A stretch of 63,686 bases of DNA, filler included, from Hyphochytrium catenoides (Eukaryota > Protista > Hyphochytriomycota): NCBI GenBank assembly GCA_900088475.1. It is 11 parts of 11 records of this genome, joined end to end, with 100 filler letters (N's around TTAATTAATTAA, not from the genome) between each part and the next. Parts side by side here need not be neighbours in the genome. Positions count along the whole stretch, not along the records: positions 58,740 to 63,686 come from FLMG01002992.1; 10 more parts are not named here. The stretch is one strand, 5' to 3'. Of the stretch, positions 62,063 through 63,686 are shown in pieces. Each line of letters starts with the position of its first letter. The first letter of the stretch is position 1. The notes below the pieces were generated by a model. It was not told where the DNA came from. It was given only the letters and a program-made list of their open reading frames with translations, and searched no databases. The translations under genes and the position numbers were made by a program.

Positions 62063-63686
62063 ATGTCCCGGCCGGTGCGCCTACCCGAGGATCACTGGGG
62101 CATCAGAACTGTTGGAAGATACCAAAAGCTAGAGCAAATAGGGGAAGGAACTTATGGGTGAGATCCCTTGAGCCGCATCCACTCTCTCTCTCTCCTTTCG
62201 TCGCCACTCCTTGGCTGTCTCTTCCTCTGCCTCGGATCCTTGCTTGTCTTCCTGGTCTTTGTATCCTGTGAGTGCTAGTATAGGCTTGAGCTTTGCGTCT
62301 TTCCTCCGTCCATAGCCTCGCATGGACCTTTTGACTCATCATATACTTCGTAGTTCCTTTGTCTTGGCTTGGGAGTTTTCTGTCTATCTGCGTCCGATCT
62401 CTCTCAAGTTCTGTCCGCTCTGTCTCTACAGTGATGACCCTGCTCCATGGTACGTCTTCCCCATAGTGCCTCTCCCCATCCTCTCGCGTGGACGCTGGTC
62501 CATTGCGCTTCTCCGGTCATTTCTTTCTTTGTCTTGTGGCCTGAACACGCTCTCATTATGTTTGACTGCCGTCTGCAGCCAAGTTTTCAAGGCCCGGAAC
62601 CGTCAGACCGGGGAAATTGTGGCGCTGAAGAAGATTATTGTTCACCATGAGCGCAACGGAGTAAGGATTACTTCGTCCTTAGCTTTTCTCACTCCTCTGC
62701 TGTCTCTGTCGCAAGGGCACCTCCTTCCTTCACCTCTATTGGCAGGGAGCGAAAACGAGGGAGAGAGAGACACATTTTCCTTGCCATTCCGTTGTTTCTC
62801 CGCATTCCTTCAACCCTAAGAGCGCGGGCTGATACGTCCAATGCGCTTCTTGGTGCTTGCGGATTGTTTCCTCTTGGATAGCTTATGCCTCCTCCTATCT
62901 TCTGAACGCATCTGGTCTCCTTGCCCCTTCGCGCAGCTTCCTGTGACGGCGATCAGGGAAATCAAGGCGCTGAAGAGTCTTGAGCATCCGAACATGGTAA
63001 AACTTTTAGAGATCGTGACGTCCAAGACCGCTGAGGATGACAAAGAAGGTGAGGAGCGTGGTTTCTTCTAGGTTAGGAGGTAGACGAAGGGGACTTGTGA
63101 GACTAAGGCGTTATAGAAAAGGCGATAGAGCGTCCAGGCAAGACTGTAATGCAGTGGAGCACACAGTCTCCCGAAAGCGATCTTGGCCCTGTGGATGTTT
63201 AGCATGAACGCGTCTTTAGCCTGCCAAATGGATCTCTCTCTTTCTTTTTCTTCCCTTTCCTCTCTGTCTCCGATCCCGTTGCAATTAAAGCTACTGTGGT
63301 CTATCCCTATCCGCTCTAATGGGCGTATCCTAACCTTGTCTGTACGGTCAATCGCTTTGGCAGACTCGTCCGACTCTACTGATGGCTTCCTCGCCCGAGG
63401 AAATATTTATTTGGTGCTGGAGTACATGGAGCATGACCTCTCTGGTCTCATCGACATGAATTATCCGTAAGAAAGTCTTCTCTGTGCCTGCAGTCGAGTG
63501 CTTGTCTCTACACTTCGCTAGCGCACTGCATATGAATGGCTTTATCTAACAGCTTCAGGCCTGGACTGATCTTATACTCACTTTCTCTTGTCCCTCTGAC
63601 TTTGTCTGCGTCTCCACTCAATGCTTCTATCACTTGCCTTAGGTTCACCCCGCTCATCATCAAGACTATATTTAAGCAGCTCTTAG
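62063..63686 (+). CDS. Cyclin-dependent kinase of the CDK9/CDK12/CDKC (Pol II CTD kinase) group, runs off the window end
   Basis: WGIRTVGRYQKLEQIGEGTYG/QVFKA...VALKK...G/LPVTAIREIKAL...IYLVLEYMEHDLSGL. PVTAIRE is a variant of the PITAIRE helix. Confidence 0.92.

Noticed and set aside
20528-63686. SPT5 and a CDK9/CDKC-type kinase as a functional gene cluster
   Set aside because: They are on different contigs separated by several linkers, so co-occurrence in this window carries no linkage information.
1-63686. tRNA, rRNA and spliceosomal snRNA genes
   Set aside because: None recognised by eye; tRNAscan-SE and Infernal would be needed to exclude them.

Overview
Eukaryotic nuclear DNA, not prokaryotic: GT-AG introns are filled with (TC)n/(GA)n microsatellites, and the gene content would fit a stramenopile-type microbial eukaryote (inference only). 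The window is not one locus. It is 11 contigs joined by ten artificial 100-nt linkers (N44-TTAATTAATTAA-N44), so adjacency across linkers means nothing, and most of the supplied ORF track is microsatellite noise. I spliced exons by hand and recovered: an SVOP-like MFS transporter (partial), TRMT10, an intronless CENP-B/pogo-derived protein with two of three catalytic Asp lost, a protein with a TPX2-like Aurora-binding motif, a CTL/SLC44 transporter (partial), SPT5 (17 exons), a small tail-anchored coiled-coil protein, a thioredoxin-PUB fusion, an acylated CaMK-like kinase lacking the Gly-rich loop, an IQM-family protein (partial), a GH13-like C-terminus, a Harbinger transposase relic, a temptin-FN3-ferric reductase fusion (partial), a NATD1/YjdJ-like GNAT, ACTR10 (3' end), ALG12 (internal part), an RLE-type non-LTR relic, organellar AsnRS (partial) and a CDK9/CDKC-type kinase (partial). 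The best candidates for new biology are the temptin-FN3-ferric reductase fusion, the CENP-B-like domesticated transposase, and introns with polarised complementary (GA)n...(TC)n tracts. All family calls come from motif recognition by eye; no database search was run.
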